DNA of 61,731 nt, counting the filler, from Circinaria calcarea (Eukaryota), in the NCBI GenBank assembly GCA_051942165.1. It is 12 parts of 12 records of this genome, joined end to end, with 100 filler letters (N's around TTAATTAATTAA, not from the genome) between each part and the next. Parts side by side here need not be neighbours in the genome. Positions count along the whole stretch, not along the records: positions 46,406 to 51,449 come from JAVECS010002071.1; positions 51,550 to 56,592 come from JAVECS010002072.1; positions 56,693 to 61,731 come from JAVECS010002073.1; 9 more parts are not named here. One strand, 5' to 3'. The number at the start of each line of letters is the position of its first letter. The first letter of the stretch is position 1. The notes below the pieces were generated by a model. It was not told where the DNA came from. It saw only the letters and a program-made list of their open reading frames with translations, and did not search any database. Positions 50,448 through 61,731 of this stretch are shown here, piece after piece. Both the position numbers and the translations under genes were made by a program.

Positions 50448-51449
50448 CACTGTTTATATACAGATACGATACCCCGGATTTCAGAGAACCTCGGCATAGC
50501 ACAGGAACTTTAGCGCCGGCGTCATCCCAGATCCCTGTACTTAGCGAACTTCACATGCTCGAACTTCGAAGATTCAATGCTCAAGTGTAGGTTGGGAGAG
50601 ATGGTTTCATTGCTTAATCTTTACTGTCAGAATAAGTATCGAATTAGATCATTAATCTAATGAGTCTTGTCGTCTACAAGGGGAATCAAGTGAAGCAAAC
50701 ATCATTTATTTCTTTTTACAGCGTGCATACATCCTAAAAAGTGATATCATTCTGCAAGCCAGGTGCTCATCAATGGGCATCCCTCTACTGTGTGCTTCCA
50801 ACAACTGCCGCTACCGTGAACACCTCAGTTATGTCCAGACTACTCCCTCCAAGAAGAAACCACCCCATCCCTTGTTCCTCAGTCCCCGACGGAGTTCCTC
50901 ACACCCTTTGTCTTGGCCTTCTTAGCCCTGGCCTTGACCGGCAAGTTCCCATACTCACTTTCCTCGTCGCCACTCACAATACCACTCCCATCGCTCTCCT
51001 CACTGCTCACAAGACTACTTCCGTCACTCTCCTGCTCCCCCTTCTTGGAGGGAGTGATCTGGACATATCTGAGGTGTTGACGGTAGCGGCAGTTGTTGGA
51101 AGCACACAGGAGAGGGATGCCCATTGATGAGCACCTGGCTTGCAGAATGATATTACCCTTCAGGATGTATGCACGCTGTAAAAAGAAACAAATAATGTTT
51201 GCTTCACATGATTCCCCTTGCAGACGACAGGACTCATCAGATTAATGATCTAATTCGATACTTATTCTCACAGTAAAGATTAAGCAATGAAACCATCTCT
51301 CCCAACCTACACTTGAGCATTGAACCTTAGAAGTTCGAGCATGTGAAGTTCGGTAAGTACAGGGATCTGGGATGACGCCGGCGCTAAAGTTCCAGTGGTA
51401 TGCCGAGGTTCTCTGAAATCCGGGGTATCGTATCTGTATATGAACAGTG
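50448..51449. repeat. Diverged inverted duplication: 409-bp arms (50448-50856 / 51041-51449), 184-bp spacer
   Basis: The arms align as reverse complements with scattered substitutions (roughly 90-95% identity by eye). The right arm ends at the contig end. Confidence 0.93.
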
Positions 51450-51549
51450 NNNNNNNNNNNNNNNNNNNNNNNNNNNNNNNNNNNNNNNNNNNNTTAATTA
51501 ATTAANNNNNNNNNNNNNNNNNNNNNNNNNNNNNNNNNNNNNNNNNNNN

Positions 51550-52584
51550 TGATATCGAAACCATGATGTCTGAAGTCGGAATAACGTGTGGAGGATATAT
51601 AGATTGCCGTACCAATCGGTATGAACGCCAAAACAAGTAAATACGTTGGAGGTGCTGCGGCTTGGGATCGGAGGACCTTGGGTAGAGTAGGGACTGAAGG
51701 GGTATTGAGTGCGTTAGATTTGGGTTGAAAACTGGTAGAGCCATTTTGTAGGCCGTGATGAGAGTGTTGGCGGGATGGAAAGGCGCTGGACGTGTACTGC
51801 CCAGGCAGAAGATAGGGGATGGTGATTGCAAACTTGGAGCAGAGGAAGAGCGTGAGATATGTAAGCCCGGCAAAAGAGACTAAGAAGCTGTTAGCTGATA
51901 ACTTCACGATTACTACACAAGACCCAACTTACAGGAGCTGTGGCCGCTCGGGAAAGAGGAAAATCCGTCATTTAAAATGGCCCGATTCGTTTGTCGGCAG
52001 ATTTGCCATGACACGAGCAGCGCACCTCCACCGAAGCCTTCACCGGGTCCGCGTTGTCCCAACACAAAATTCTGAAAGTTGGCTAAATCCGGATCACAGC
52101 GGCTGAGTAGATCCGGGCGTGGCTTTCCGAAGAGGTTCTTTGATCCCTGGGTCAAGAAGAAGGCCGAAGCGAGGGCCAGTGCTAAGCCCAGCCAGGCGGT
52201 GTTCCATTCCCAAAGCTTGCGTCGCCATCTCAGAGATTTCGGGACATCTTTCGAAACCGTAGGACCGGGAACAAAGATGAGGCAGATAGGGATGATGATG
52301 ATCGCAGGGGCGACGAGGCAAACCAAGGCCAGTGTCACGGTCGAGACCTTCTCTTCGGAATAAGGAAAGGCGATGGTTGAATCCACCAGTGAGAAGGGTC
52401 GGCGATTCGGAGAGATCTTCGAGAAGAGGCCTCCAACAATCGCGATGACGATGATGATTATCCAGTCGAAAATGTATGAGGCTATGAGACTCTTGCTGAT
52501 CCGCTGGACGCCGTGCGAAAGCATCGGTGTTTTCATGATGGGATACTTGGAGGAGGAACGAGAGGGTTGCGAAGGGCTTTGCAT
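51550..52584 (-). CDS. PAP2-family lipid phosphate phosphatase (Dpp1/Lpp1-like), 3' truncated
   Basis: All three PAP2 motifs are present (KNLFGKPRP, FPSGH, STRYSDFRHHGFD), along with TM helices and one intron. Confidence 0.92.
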
Positions 52585-53871
52585 TAAACTGTCCGGTTGA
52601 GCGTCGAGCCTCACATAGGTAGGTGTATCATCATGAACGAAGCATTATTTAGATATTTAGATTAAGGCTGGTGTACGCTAAGCCTCCCGGAGGCGGCTGA
52701 CGAGTTTTGGGTGGCCGAGCCATACTAAAAGCTATCCCTGACTGGTACCATAAGCTGCTGCGCTGCCGGAACGAGCCGTGCATTACTTGGATACAAAGTT
52801 TGGATTGGTCTAGGCTGGCACGTACGAAGAGCTGGGGTGGCACGCTTCTTGTCCGCCAGAGCAACACCTTAAGGAACAGCCAATGAATGAAGTCATTATC
52901 TGTTGTAATGAAGACAGGGTCGACCTGATTCGCCGGATAACTCACTGGAAAAGGAAGGTCACAGTCGAAAAAGGAGGATATGAATTGAATCAGGCCTAAG
53001 CTATGTACTACTGATTGGCTGAAGAATGAATACAGTTTCATGTGGAACAGTGTTGACGCCCGGCACTGATAATAGACTGCAGCAACGGCAGCGTGGATTG
53101 AGCCTTGCAGTCTTCCAGCGCAGAGTACGCACCTGGTACTGACCAATGGAATTTGGCTGGCACACGACATGTCTCGAGATAAGAGTTCGTGGCGAAAATT
53201 GCCCTTTAATCATTAATACTCTGATGGGATTTCAAGATGTAAGTTGCTACCCTTCGACTTTAGTCCTTGTGCCGGGGGTGAAAAGGATACCAAAACTTTG
53301 ACGTTGCTGCCAGTAATGTTAATCTAGCTGTTTAATCCAATATTCCTCCTCTGATTAGCAAAGGAAACATGGCACGATCATATAATTGACAGTGTATGGA
53401 GGGGCATCCAGATTGCGAATGTTGACAAATGGTTGAAAGCCAAGTCTATCGCTACGAGCCCCACATCCGTAGGCGGGACAATACAGCTACAGCATATTGG
53501 AAGTCGTGACTAACCTCCCTTTAAGACTGGCCGTGATTCTACACCCGTAATTTACTCCGAACTGTTCCATACCCACTTTCTCTACAACAGTATTTTCCAT
53601 GAGTAGCCCCATGACTGGGCGGGTACAAAGGATATTGCCTACTCCGTACAGGGATGAGATGGGCAATGCTTACAGTGTAACAGAGTTTCGGACTGCTTAT
53701 AGCTAAGAGACCGAGGGAATAAGAGGGAATTAAGGAATTCAAGGTAGAGGATTCAGTCAAAACTATGTTGGCAATGCAAAGAGAAAAAGCATGGCAGAGA
53801 AGAGCATGTAGGCATATGTCCGAGAAGGAAGTAACCTGGTTAGAGGTATTTTGCTTGCTATAGACTAGGAC

Positions 53872-54474
53872 TCAGTCTACATATACATTGTGTTTCTTAT
53901 GCCACCCTTCGATGCTATCTTCTCCATAGTTTTCGTGTACCGATTTCTTACCCTCTGGCCATCTCACCCATTCAGGTTTGGAGTCTCCCTTAACGCACAC
54001 CATTTCATCCGGCGAGGTGAGCTTTGTATCAATTGCTGAGGCAAAGGGATGAATGAGCTCAGGCCATTGATGGTCCCACAGCCAGAGCATAGACGAACAA
54101 TTCGAGCAAAAAGACCGCTGCGATGAACAACGGCTTTCTTGCGGTGTGCCCCGATCCTTGATCGCTTGATACTTCCTTATATGACATCAGCTGCAACGGT
54201 TCCTACGTCTCAGCTCTGAAAACCTACTTCAGAAGGTCTTCTCCTTTTAAAATCTTCAGGCTATCTGCTATTCCACCTAGGTTCACGGTCCACCATAGCC
54301 TCCTACTTTACGACAGATACTGCAAGCACAGAACTGATATGGAACTGGTGTATGTGACTGGAGCGTGAATTCTACACCACCGCACTGGCAACTGCCATCG
54401 AGTTTCCTGGAAAAGGAGATTAACTTCGATATCTAATCCACGACCATGTCGGCGTAGATATCATACATAGGCAT
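53872..54474 (-). pseudogene. GFA/CENP-V (Mss4-like) family gene with a 1-nt frameshift
   Basis: MPM|KLDGSCQCGGVEF...CACSICRKVGGYGG, then the frame breaks (TGA at 54283-54285) before VNLGGIADSLKI...RSFCSNCSSMLW...IHPFASAID. Confidence 0.75.
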
Positions 54475-55635
54475 TCTGGAAAGCTGGACGCAAACGTAAT
54501 CGACTTAACGTACTGTTGAATCGTAGCTCTGTTTGACAGCTCACAAAACTTGATCACTCAATGCACAAGCTGACCTTGGAGACTTTGATATTCCCTTATT
54601 CGGTCTGGCTAACCGACGTCACCATGACCACATTGGACCAAAGATGTACCACAGTAAAGTAGAGGCCGGCTCACCGGATCGGCTACTTTAGCTGTCGATC
54701 ACCCGAAAGACCTTGCATGTTTGGAGTCCGGGTAATCCACTCCGAACTGGAGCACGAGGAAAATCGGTCGTTGCGTGAGTGCACATTTACATGCAATGAG
54801 CTTTGGCGGACCTGGCGGTCGACAGATTTCGGTGAAGCCTACCCCGTGAGTAATTACTGTTCCGATGGAATGACACTACATGCTGATGGCTACATTCGAG
54901 ACCTGAAAGAGGCTCCTTCCCCTTAGACCACGATGGTGAGCTTCTCCTATAGGGTTGCACGTGATGGTGCTTCACTTATATTCCATGTATTATTCTAGGG
55001 GAATGTAAACCTATCATAGCAGGCTATCTGCGTTGCTTGCGCCGCTTAAAGGGGACAAATGATACCGAATGTCGGCTCATGGCCAAGGAATACCTCAGGT
55101 GCCGCATGGAACAGTTAGTTCTCCACCCGAGCGCTCACTTTACCGTCGAACACCTTAAGGTAGACGTATTTGAATAGACGAGCTGATTGTTGATGGTCAA
55201 TGCAGCAATCTGATGGCACCGGATGAATTTAAGAACCTTGGCTTTGCGGAGGATGAGAAACCAACCCCAATACCTAGACATGCAGGTGGCGCTACGGTAA
55301 ACAGCGTTAGGAATGACGGGAAGAAAATATCCTAGCTGCATAGGAATCGAAACGAGCGCGTGAAATTGACCAAAAGTGGACCTATTGGCTGTCGTATGTG
55401 AGTATGTGGCTGTATAACATCAAATAGTGTAGTTCTCTTCTCACAATTAGTACGCACTAAAGAAATAGTAGTATTTGTTTAGCTTTGATTTCAACGGGAC
55501 TCCAATTAATAGATTAGGTCAAAGGTATGAGAATTACGTAGCGAGTACGAGCTCAACTTTATACCGAGATCATAGTTGAATAATTACATATGAACTTCGA
55601 ATCTTCCGTATTTAACTGTACGAGGAGACTTTCAG

Positions 55636-56592
55636 ATGCTGCCGCCAAATCCAAGTCTTGTAGCGATAATCTTGATAATAAAAACCAACACAGGCCCTCG
55701 GCAAGTCCTGTCCTACCCCCCCAAGCCAGGAAAAGATAATCCGCACATCAAGCTCGACTACGAAGATTCATTCAGGGAAGACTCTACCAGCTCGGAGGAG
55801 GATAATAGTAACGGCTACAGCTCCTTGGAGGATGATAGGACTCATGGACGCCGGGAATCAGGATTGGGAGATAGAGAAGCCTACCCATATCCTGATCTGG
55901 ATGAGTCGGGCTCAGTCTCACCAGAAAAGCCCGATAGCGGCATGTGGAAACGATCTGGCACCAAAGATACGGGTTTCTTGGGCCTTCCATCGGGCTTACA
56001 GCACTTCCTTTGTCCGCCGGTAACATCTCACAAGAGGAAGTTTGAGATAAGTATAGATGGATTAGTATTCCTAGGATGGCCAGTCTTTGCACGAGAAAAT
56101 GGAGAATGGCAGAAAACGAACAAGTCGAAAAATCCCAAAGTCAGACAGGAACAAGTGCACGGTCATGGTAGCAAGGAGCGTGGCAACGGGATCATGCCAT
56201 CTTCGGTCCAGGTCAATGACGAGCTCAGCGATACGTCGGGACACGATACAATAGCCGAAGATCAAGAGTCGACGGTCCAGAATGCCACCGTAGGAGGTCT
56301 AAATGACACCGAGACCCAGGTTGAAATAAACAAGCAGCTTGAGCAAACAACGGGGCTCAATCGAAAGGAGATACTGACAATGTTCCACGTTGTTTTTGTG
56401 CTAGATCCTCCACCGCTCGAGCATCAGGTCCGTATAGCAGATATGTATGAAAATGTCGTCAAAAAGTTCTCGCGGGCCTTGAAATGGGAACAGACTCGGT
56501 CAGATTATGTCCTCAAGGAGGCTATCAAAATCCGTGAACTAGAAGCACGGGGAGGTAAGCTTGGTCTAACTATCCTCTCTTCCACTGAGAGT
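55636..56592 (+). CDS. NPR3: Nitrogen permease regulator 3 (SEACIT/GATOR1 subunit), 5' part
   Basis: PNPSLVAIILII..GPRQVLSYPP, LCP..HKRKFEISIDGLVFLGWPV, MFHVVFVLDPP, KKFSRALKWEQTRSDYV. Confidence 0.9.
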
Positions 56593-56692
56593 NNNNNNNN
56601 NNNNNNNNNNNNNNNNNNNNNNNNNNNNNNNNNNNNTTAATTAATTAANNNNNNNNNNNNNNNNNNNNNNNNNNNNNNNNNNNNNNNNNNNN

Positions 56693-57100
56693 GAATCTTC
56701 CATGGTGGAAGCTTCTCCCTTCCGGCCTCCTCCCCTGCTCTACGGCATTTGCTGGATATGGGATCTCCACGCCCCGCCCATAGTAGATGACCTCATAGCC
56801 CTTGACGACGCATGCATCAATCTCCTCCAAACACTCCCTCAAACCCAGCTTCTCGAGGGCTTCCACACCCCCTGGTTGGAGTAGTTCCCCGACTATTCGA
56901 TCTGGTTCCTTTAATGACTTTTCAAGGAGAATAACAGATCGGGATTGGCGGGCTAGGGTGATTGCAATGGCAGTCCCGAGGATGCCAGCGCCGACGACTA
57001 CAACATCAGAGGTGTGGTGAAGGGTACGTCGGAGTGTGGTGGGGTCTTTTTGGTAGGAGGGCGGAGGCGAGGGAGGTGGTGAGTCTAGAATTAGTGGCAT
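56693..57100 (-). CDS. ERG1: Squalene epoxidase, 5' part
   Basis: DVVVVGAGILG FAD motif, EPDRIVGELLQPGG and GRSFHHGRF. Confidence 0.95.
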
Positions 57101-57561
57101 AAATGACTAGAAAGGTAGTTGTAGAGTTAAATTGAGAATTTGAGAGATCTGAGAAAGTCGGAATTATTAAACATCAAGTAAGATCCAAAGACGGCAAGCT
57201 CCAGGTATGTTCGAAGCTGGTAGATCTTGTCCGCCGTACCGCGTCTGCGGCGTCTTTGGGTACTTTGTACGGTGCATTAAAAGTACCTCGGCATTTGCCT
57301 TCCCTTTTTGCTCAAACGTTGGCCTTTTGTATCCTACTCCATAATCCAGCAATGTCTATTTGAATCTCTCGTGTGGATTTCCCACAAGTCCTTTCAACTC
57401 GCAGCAGCTTACGCAAGGTGCTAGGATATTAGCTCATTGATGATTGGTATTAATCTATAGTCCATCTAAATGCAACAACCCATCGCCAACATCGTGGCTG
57501 TCCAAGAGGACTTTGAATAGCGAAATATAAAGTGACCCCAAAATATCCTCTAAAAGCCTCT

Positions 57562-58239
57562 CTATAGCACAGCCACCATGCCCATAACTCCAGCAGCGGC
57601 CGCCGCAGCTCCCATAACTGCTTGGACCCCACCTTTCACCATTGGCATCGCAGCCCCCGTGAACCCTGAGATTGTGCTAGACGAGGTTAATGACGGCGAT
57701 ACGATGGCGGTAGCATTAGGTGAGGCGGTAATCATGGAGGATGGGCCTGACACGAAACCAGAGGACGCCGTGGCAGTTGCAGTTGCCACGCCGAGGTTTT
57801 CAGCCGCAATGCTTTGTAGTTCACCAGCAACCCGCGTCTCAAAGGCGAGTAAGTCGGTGTAAAAGGATTGAGTGGCAAGGGCCGAATTGGCGATATTGAC
57901 AAGGGAACTAAGTTCCGCGGCTAGGGCGGTCGGGTTGCCAGCAATTGATACTGCAGCAGTTTGGTCGGCGAACGGTTCGGCTACGGACTCAAGGACGGGT
58001 AGCAGACTGGTAGGTATGGCTGTTGCAAATTGGGACACGACAGGATCATTGACGAGCGTAGCAATGTAGTTTTCCACATCTTCAATGAATGCAGACTCCT
58101 ACACTGGACCGTCAGAGAGGCATGGCATTGCAGTTGTAAGACATACCTGAGAAGGGCTGATGCTGGTTACTGATGCAATCTGGGCGTTTGCCTTGAGCGC
58201 ACAAAGCCAAGCCACGGCCGAGAAGAGGAAAGCTTGCAT
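57562..58239 (-). CDS. Secreted GPI-anchored Ser/Thr/Ala-rich cell-wall protein
   Basis: Signal peptide MQAFLFSAVAWLCALKANA, one intron, an S/T-rich stalk and a C-terminal GPI signal TGAAMPM...AAAAGVMGMVAVL. Confidence 0.85.
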
Positions 58240-59556
58240 TTTGGTGGTATTATACGATAAGCGCAGAATGACAGGGCAGTAGAGAAAGACTGGTTGATGT
58301 GTTCGAGAGAAGAAAACGCAAGCCGAATGATGGTATACGAAAATCTACATCATTCTCAGGGGCTTGTCTCCTGTTTATATCTTCTTAGTTGCTCGTATCG
58401 GGATCCGACTGGGCATCTAGCGCTTATCAACCATGCAAATTTAAGATGAAGCGCCACCATTACTATTCGCGGCTTGCATAGCCCGGCTCATCTTGGAGTC
58501 GTGATGCTCTTTTAACCTTTGCCGTCTTCAACGAATTGATGGCCTTATAATCCAGAGGCTGTGAGCTGCGTACTGCGTGCTGACGGAGAGGTCCACGTCT
58601 CAGCCGTGAGCACAAGCAAATTCGGCCAACGTCTGGATGAGTTATTTCTGGAAAGCACCCGTACTATTGAGAGTCGAGACAGTCCACTGTCCCCACTTAC
58701 GGCAATCAGATCCTTCCATTTGATCTCAGTCCAACAAATAATAATTCGGCGGACTGTGGGAGCCGCAAATCACGTTTGGTGCCTCCTCCGAGATAGTGCC
58801 CGAGATGGCCTGCCTGAAAGCTGTGCTAGGGACAGCTGAGCCTCCATCCATTGTGTGAGGCATCTCAGGATGGAGCAATCCTTCGCGGCCGTTGTGGTAT
58901 TGCCGCCTGGTACAAAGGATTATCAGGGAGTCCAGAGGTCGTTGACATCTCAGTGCGGAGTATTTTGTGGTACGAGAAGCCACGAAAGCCTCGCTCCGGA
59001 CAGAACGGTCCGACAGTCGCTTGATTCACCCTTGTCTCGCCCTAGTCTTATGCCATCTCATCGCCGTCTCTGCCTTCGAAGTCCTTCCCTTGCGTGCAAC
59101 ATCGAGAGAGATCATCACCAGCAGTGGAAAGGAGAAATGCCTGACCGTTACTTGTGTTGAGACATTGTCTGCTTTCTTCAACGCAATATATTACTCCATA
59201 AGTATTCCAGATGTTAGTCTGTGGTTCCGAGCAATGAATTTCTCGTTGACTCGACTCGCTACACATTTCTTTGCAGACTTATGAATAGCTAAAGTGAATA
59301 GCTAAAGAAAGACTGTAATCATGGCGACAACCCCTTTCCCACTTGAAACTCCGAGGGTCCTAAGACCAGCATGCTTCATTTACATCTGCAATCCTCCGTC
59401 AAGCGAAGAAAGAAACCGACGCATCCTCCTATTATGAAATTTTCAGCAAGACTATCATATTTTAGTTTCCATTTCAGTGACTGCAGAACAGTCGCAAATG
59501 GAGTCACCTACAGTGTTGAGCACGTGAGACAATCTCCACCGAAGTCTTACCACCGG

Positions 59557-59850
59557 CTAACAAGAGATCCTCACACAGAGCGGTCTGAAGGGAAACCTGG
59601 AAACACATCGATCAGAGGCCACCGAGATGCGAGCGCCTGAGCAGTCACTGTTTCGGTAAAAGGTGGCTTGCTGTCCCTGATAGTCGACGTGGGCAGAAAC
59701 AACGTTATAGTTTCTGAGACCGGTATCTCCGCACGCCGTAATGGGTCCAACCTGGTTACGACAATTTTCGACTGTGCTAACCCGAACCACGGTGGCGCTG
59801 ATAGTAGGAGCAAAAGTTACGACAAAAAGTATTGCATAAAGCAGCTTCAT
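59557..59850 (-). CDS. Small secreted cysteine-rich protein (97 aa, 6 Cys)
   Basis: Signal peptide MKLLYAILFVVTFAPTISA; the mature part ends CVRISC*. A TATA-like ATATAAAAAG lies about 120 nt upstream on the minus strand. Confidence 0.8.
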   Translation of the reverse strand: MKLLYAILFVVTFAPTISATVVRVSTVENCRNQVGPITACGDTGLRNYNVVSAHVDYQGQQATFYRNSDCSGARISVASDRCVSRFPFRPLCVRISC

Positions 59851-61479
59851 TGTTGCTGTCGAAGTTCCTTTGTGCTGTTGGTGATGGAAGGCCGAGGCGG
59901 AAATTGGTATGGAAGGATGGTCTGAGGTATGGGCTGCAGATTCTTTAGGACTATTCATAATCTAATGGGCCTTTTTATATTCCTCGATACCGGACTTATA
60001 AGGCGCAGAAGAACCAGGATCATTTGATATCCCTGCATCTATTTCGTGTTGCTTATGACGCATGATATCTTGGCCAGCTTAGTGCTCACCCCATATATGC
60101 AGAGTCGCCAATAAATTCCTACCGCAGGAAAGTTTGCGTATACGATGTGTCAACGATATAAAGAGTAGTTGGTGATGTTCTGTAAGACATAGCCAACTCG
60201 CTACCTCTGAGAGCCTTGTTACGCGGAGTCTCTAGTCTCAGCATCAATGCAACTTACAGTATAAGACCCCTGTGCGGGTGAGTAGGGATATCAATGTTAT
60301 TTTCCAAGTACAACTACAATATCTAGATATAGATATTAAAGAATGATCAGGGCGCGACCAGTACGCCTAACGACGGCGGCCCATCCCCTGCACGTCCCCG
60401 GACTTGGCATTTCATGCATCAGAATATAGAAGTTTTGGCAATTCATCCTCGGGACCATGACCAACAGAAATCCTGTCCGACACTAGTTTTGTCACTTCAC
60501 CATCTGGCATCCGGGGGCGCACAGTCAATGCTCTCTGCGCTATCTCATTCGATTTGGTAAGTGTATACAGAGGGAAGCCAGCATTGGCCGTAAGCAGGCA
60601 GGGGTAGGAGACATTGTTTTGGCTTGTTTGACTGCAGGACAAGGTTGGACCGTTGACTCGCACTAACCATGCATTGGGAGTCCTAGGCAATACCGGACCG
60701 CAGTGTCCTCCCTCTTATGCTGATGCTGCCTTGTTTGCCAACATATGACATGCCAGAAGTACGACTTTCTGGCGTCCTTGATCGAACCTCCCTTAGAGAT
60801 CGGGATTGGCGGGGAAAATCAAGGTCTGTCCTGGTTAGTAACAGCAGCTTCGAAGGATATCCCTGGGATATCAATTCAACATCTTACGGAATCAGCTCGA
60901 CAATGCATGTCATGTGAAATGAAGCAGTAGATTAGCTAGCCAACCCGGCCTTTGGACCTTAAAGGCTGCCTTCTGGCAATAGACCAAAGAGCAATTCCAT
61001 CTCCATTTTTTGCATAACGCTTGCACTCCCGTGACACCTATCACATTCCTGTCCTCACCAATAACCCCCCTGGCTAAACATCCTACTTCTTAGCTCGCTT
61101 ATCCTTATAAATCCTGCAGGCCTTTTTGTATCCGCGGCAAATAATTCCTTGTATCTCGTATTCCCTACATTACTATCCCAATTCCCCAAGGGCAAGTCCC
61201 TCAACCTTGCAAACATCAAACTCTCCACATTTTCCTTTTGACCTTTCTCGACACACACACGCCGCAAGAAGGAAAGAAGGGAACCCACAATTACCATTAT
61301 TTTTACACAATAAAACCAAACCAAACCCCGGGGCGGGGCTTCTGGAAACCACTTCTATACATGTGCGTTGCTTGTGCACTGCTGGTTTTTATGGAGACTG
61401 AAACCCAGCCAACCGTTTTTGCAGCAGATATCCCCCCCCCCCCAAAAAAGGGGGGTGTTGAATGGAGAATCAAGCATAC

Positions 61480-61731
61480 TATATGCCGAACTTCTGTATG
61501 CAGAAGTTCTATACTACCCGTATTAATAATAGCGCGGGTTGCAGAGTTTTCCCCTTACCTTCGCACTTTACGAACTACAAACGTTACACAATATATCGAC
61601 TATTGCGTACACATTGAATACCGTTTCTATGCATTGCTTAAGCCACTTTCTACTGAACCTTTAACAAAATTTATATAAAATATAAATAATTTTTAAATTC
61701 GTAAAAAAAAATATTTTTATATATATTTTAT
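61480..61731. mobile_element. Edge of an AT-rich, RIP-like repeat block
   Basis: AT/TpA content rises steeply toward the contig end (ttatataaaatataaataattttt...). Confidence 0.4.

Noticed and set aside
50332..50497. N-terminal extension of the 493-aa thiolase ORF
   Set aside because: This is read-through of an intron and UTR; the spliced start at 50331 gives a proper PTS2 N-terminus.
52649..53170. 173-aa minus-strand ORF upstream of the PAP2 gene
   Set aside because: No motif and atypical composition; probably UTR/intron sequence.
55636..57100. NPR3-ERG1 (and other cross-gap) gene adjacency
   Set aside because: The genes lie on different contigs joined by the linker.

Overview
This window is intron-rich fungal genomic DNA (filamentous ascomycete, Pezizomycotina-type genes and GT..CTAAC..AG introns). 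It is not one chromosome segment. It is 12 unrelated contigs of about 5.04-5.06 kb, sorted by decreasing length and joined by an artificial N44-TTAATTAATTAA-N44 linker, so gene neighbourhood is only meaningful within a contig. Housekeeping genes recognised: Rab11/Ypt31, MED7, YME1, GCN5, OST5, Rad1/Rad17 (9-1-1 clamp), RAX1, NCS2, PTM1-like, peroxisomal thiolase POT1, a PAP2 phosphatase, NPR3 and ERG1. Others include a chromodomain protein, a Uds1-domain protein, a Zn2Cys6 factor, a DUF4112 protein, a P450 fragment and a CorA-like protein. Accessory or interaction content includes a KP4-killer-toxin-like gene end missed by the ORF track and lying next to a HeLo-like/ankyrin gene, a secreted repeat precursor (9-aa LxxR/EAEA repeats plus a 6-Cys peptide), a class I hydrophobin, a second small Cys-rich secreted protein and a GPI wall protein. 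Several pseudogenes are visible (dihydropyrimidinase, makorin-like, a WD40 relic, a frameshifted GFA-family gene). There are two contig-terminal inverted repeats, one a diverged palindrome with 409-bp arms over the thiolase promoter. A RIP-like region contains a small TIR element, and a 16-bp tandem array sits at a contig end. All family assignments are from motif recognition by eye; no searches were run.
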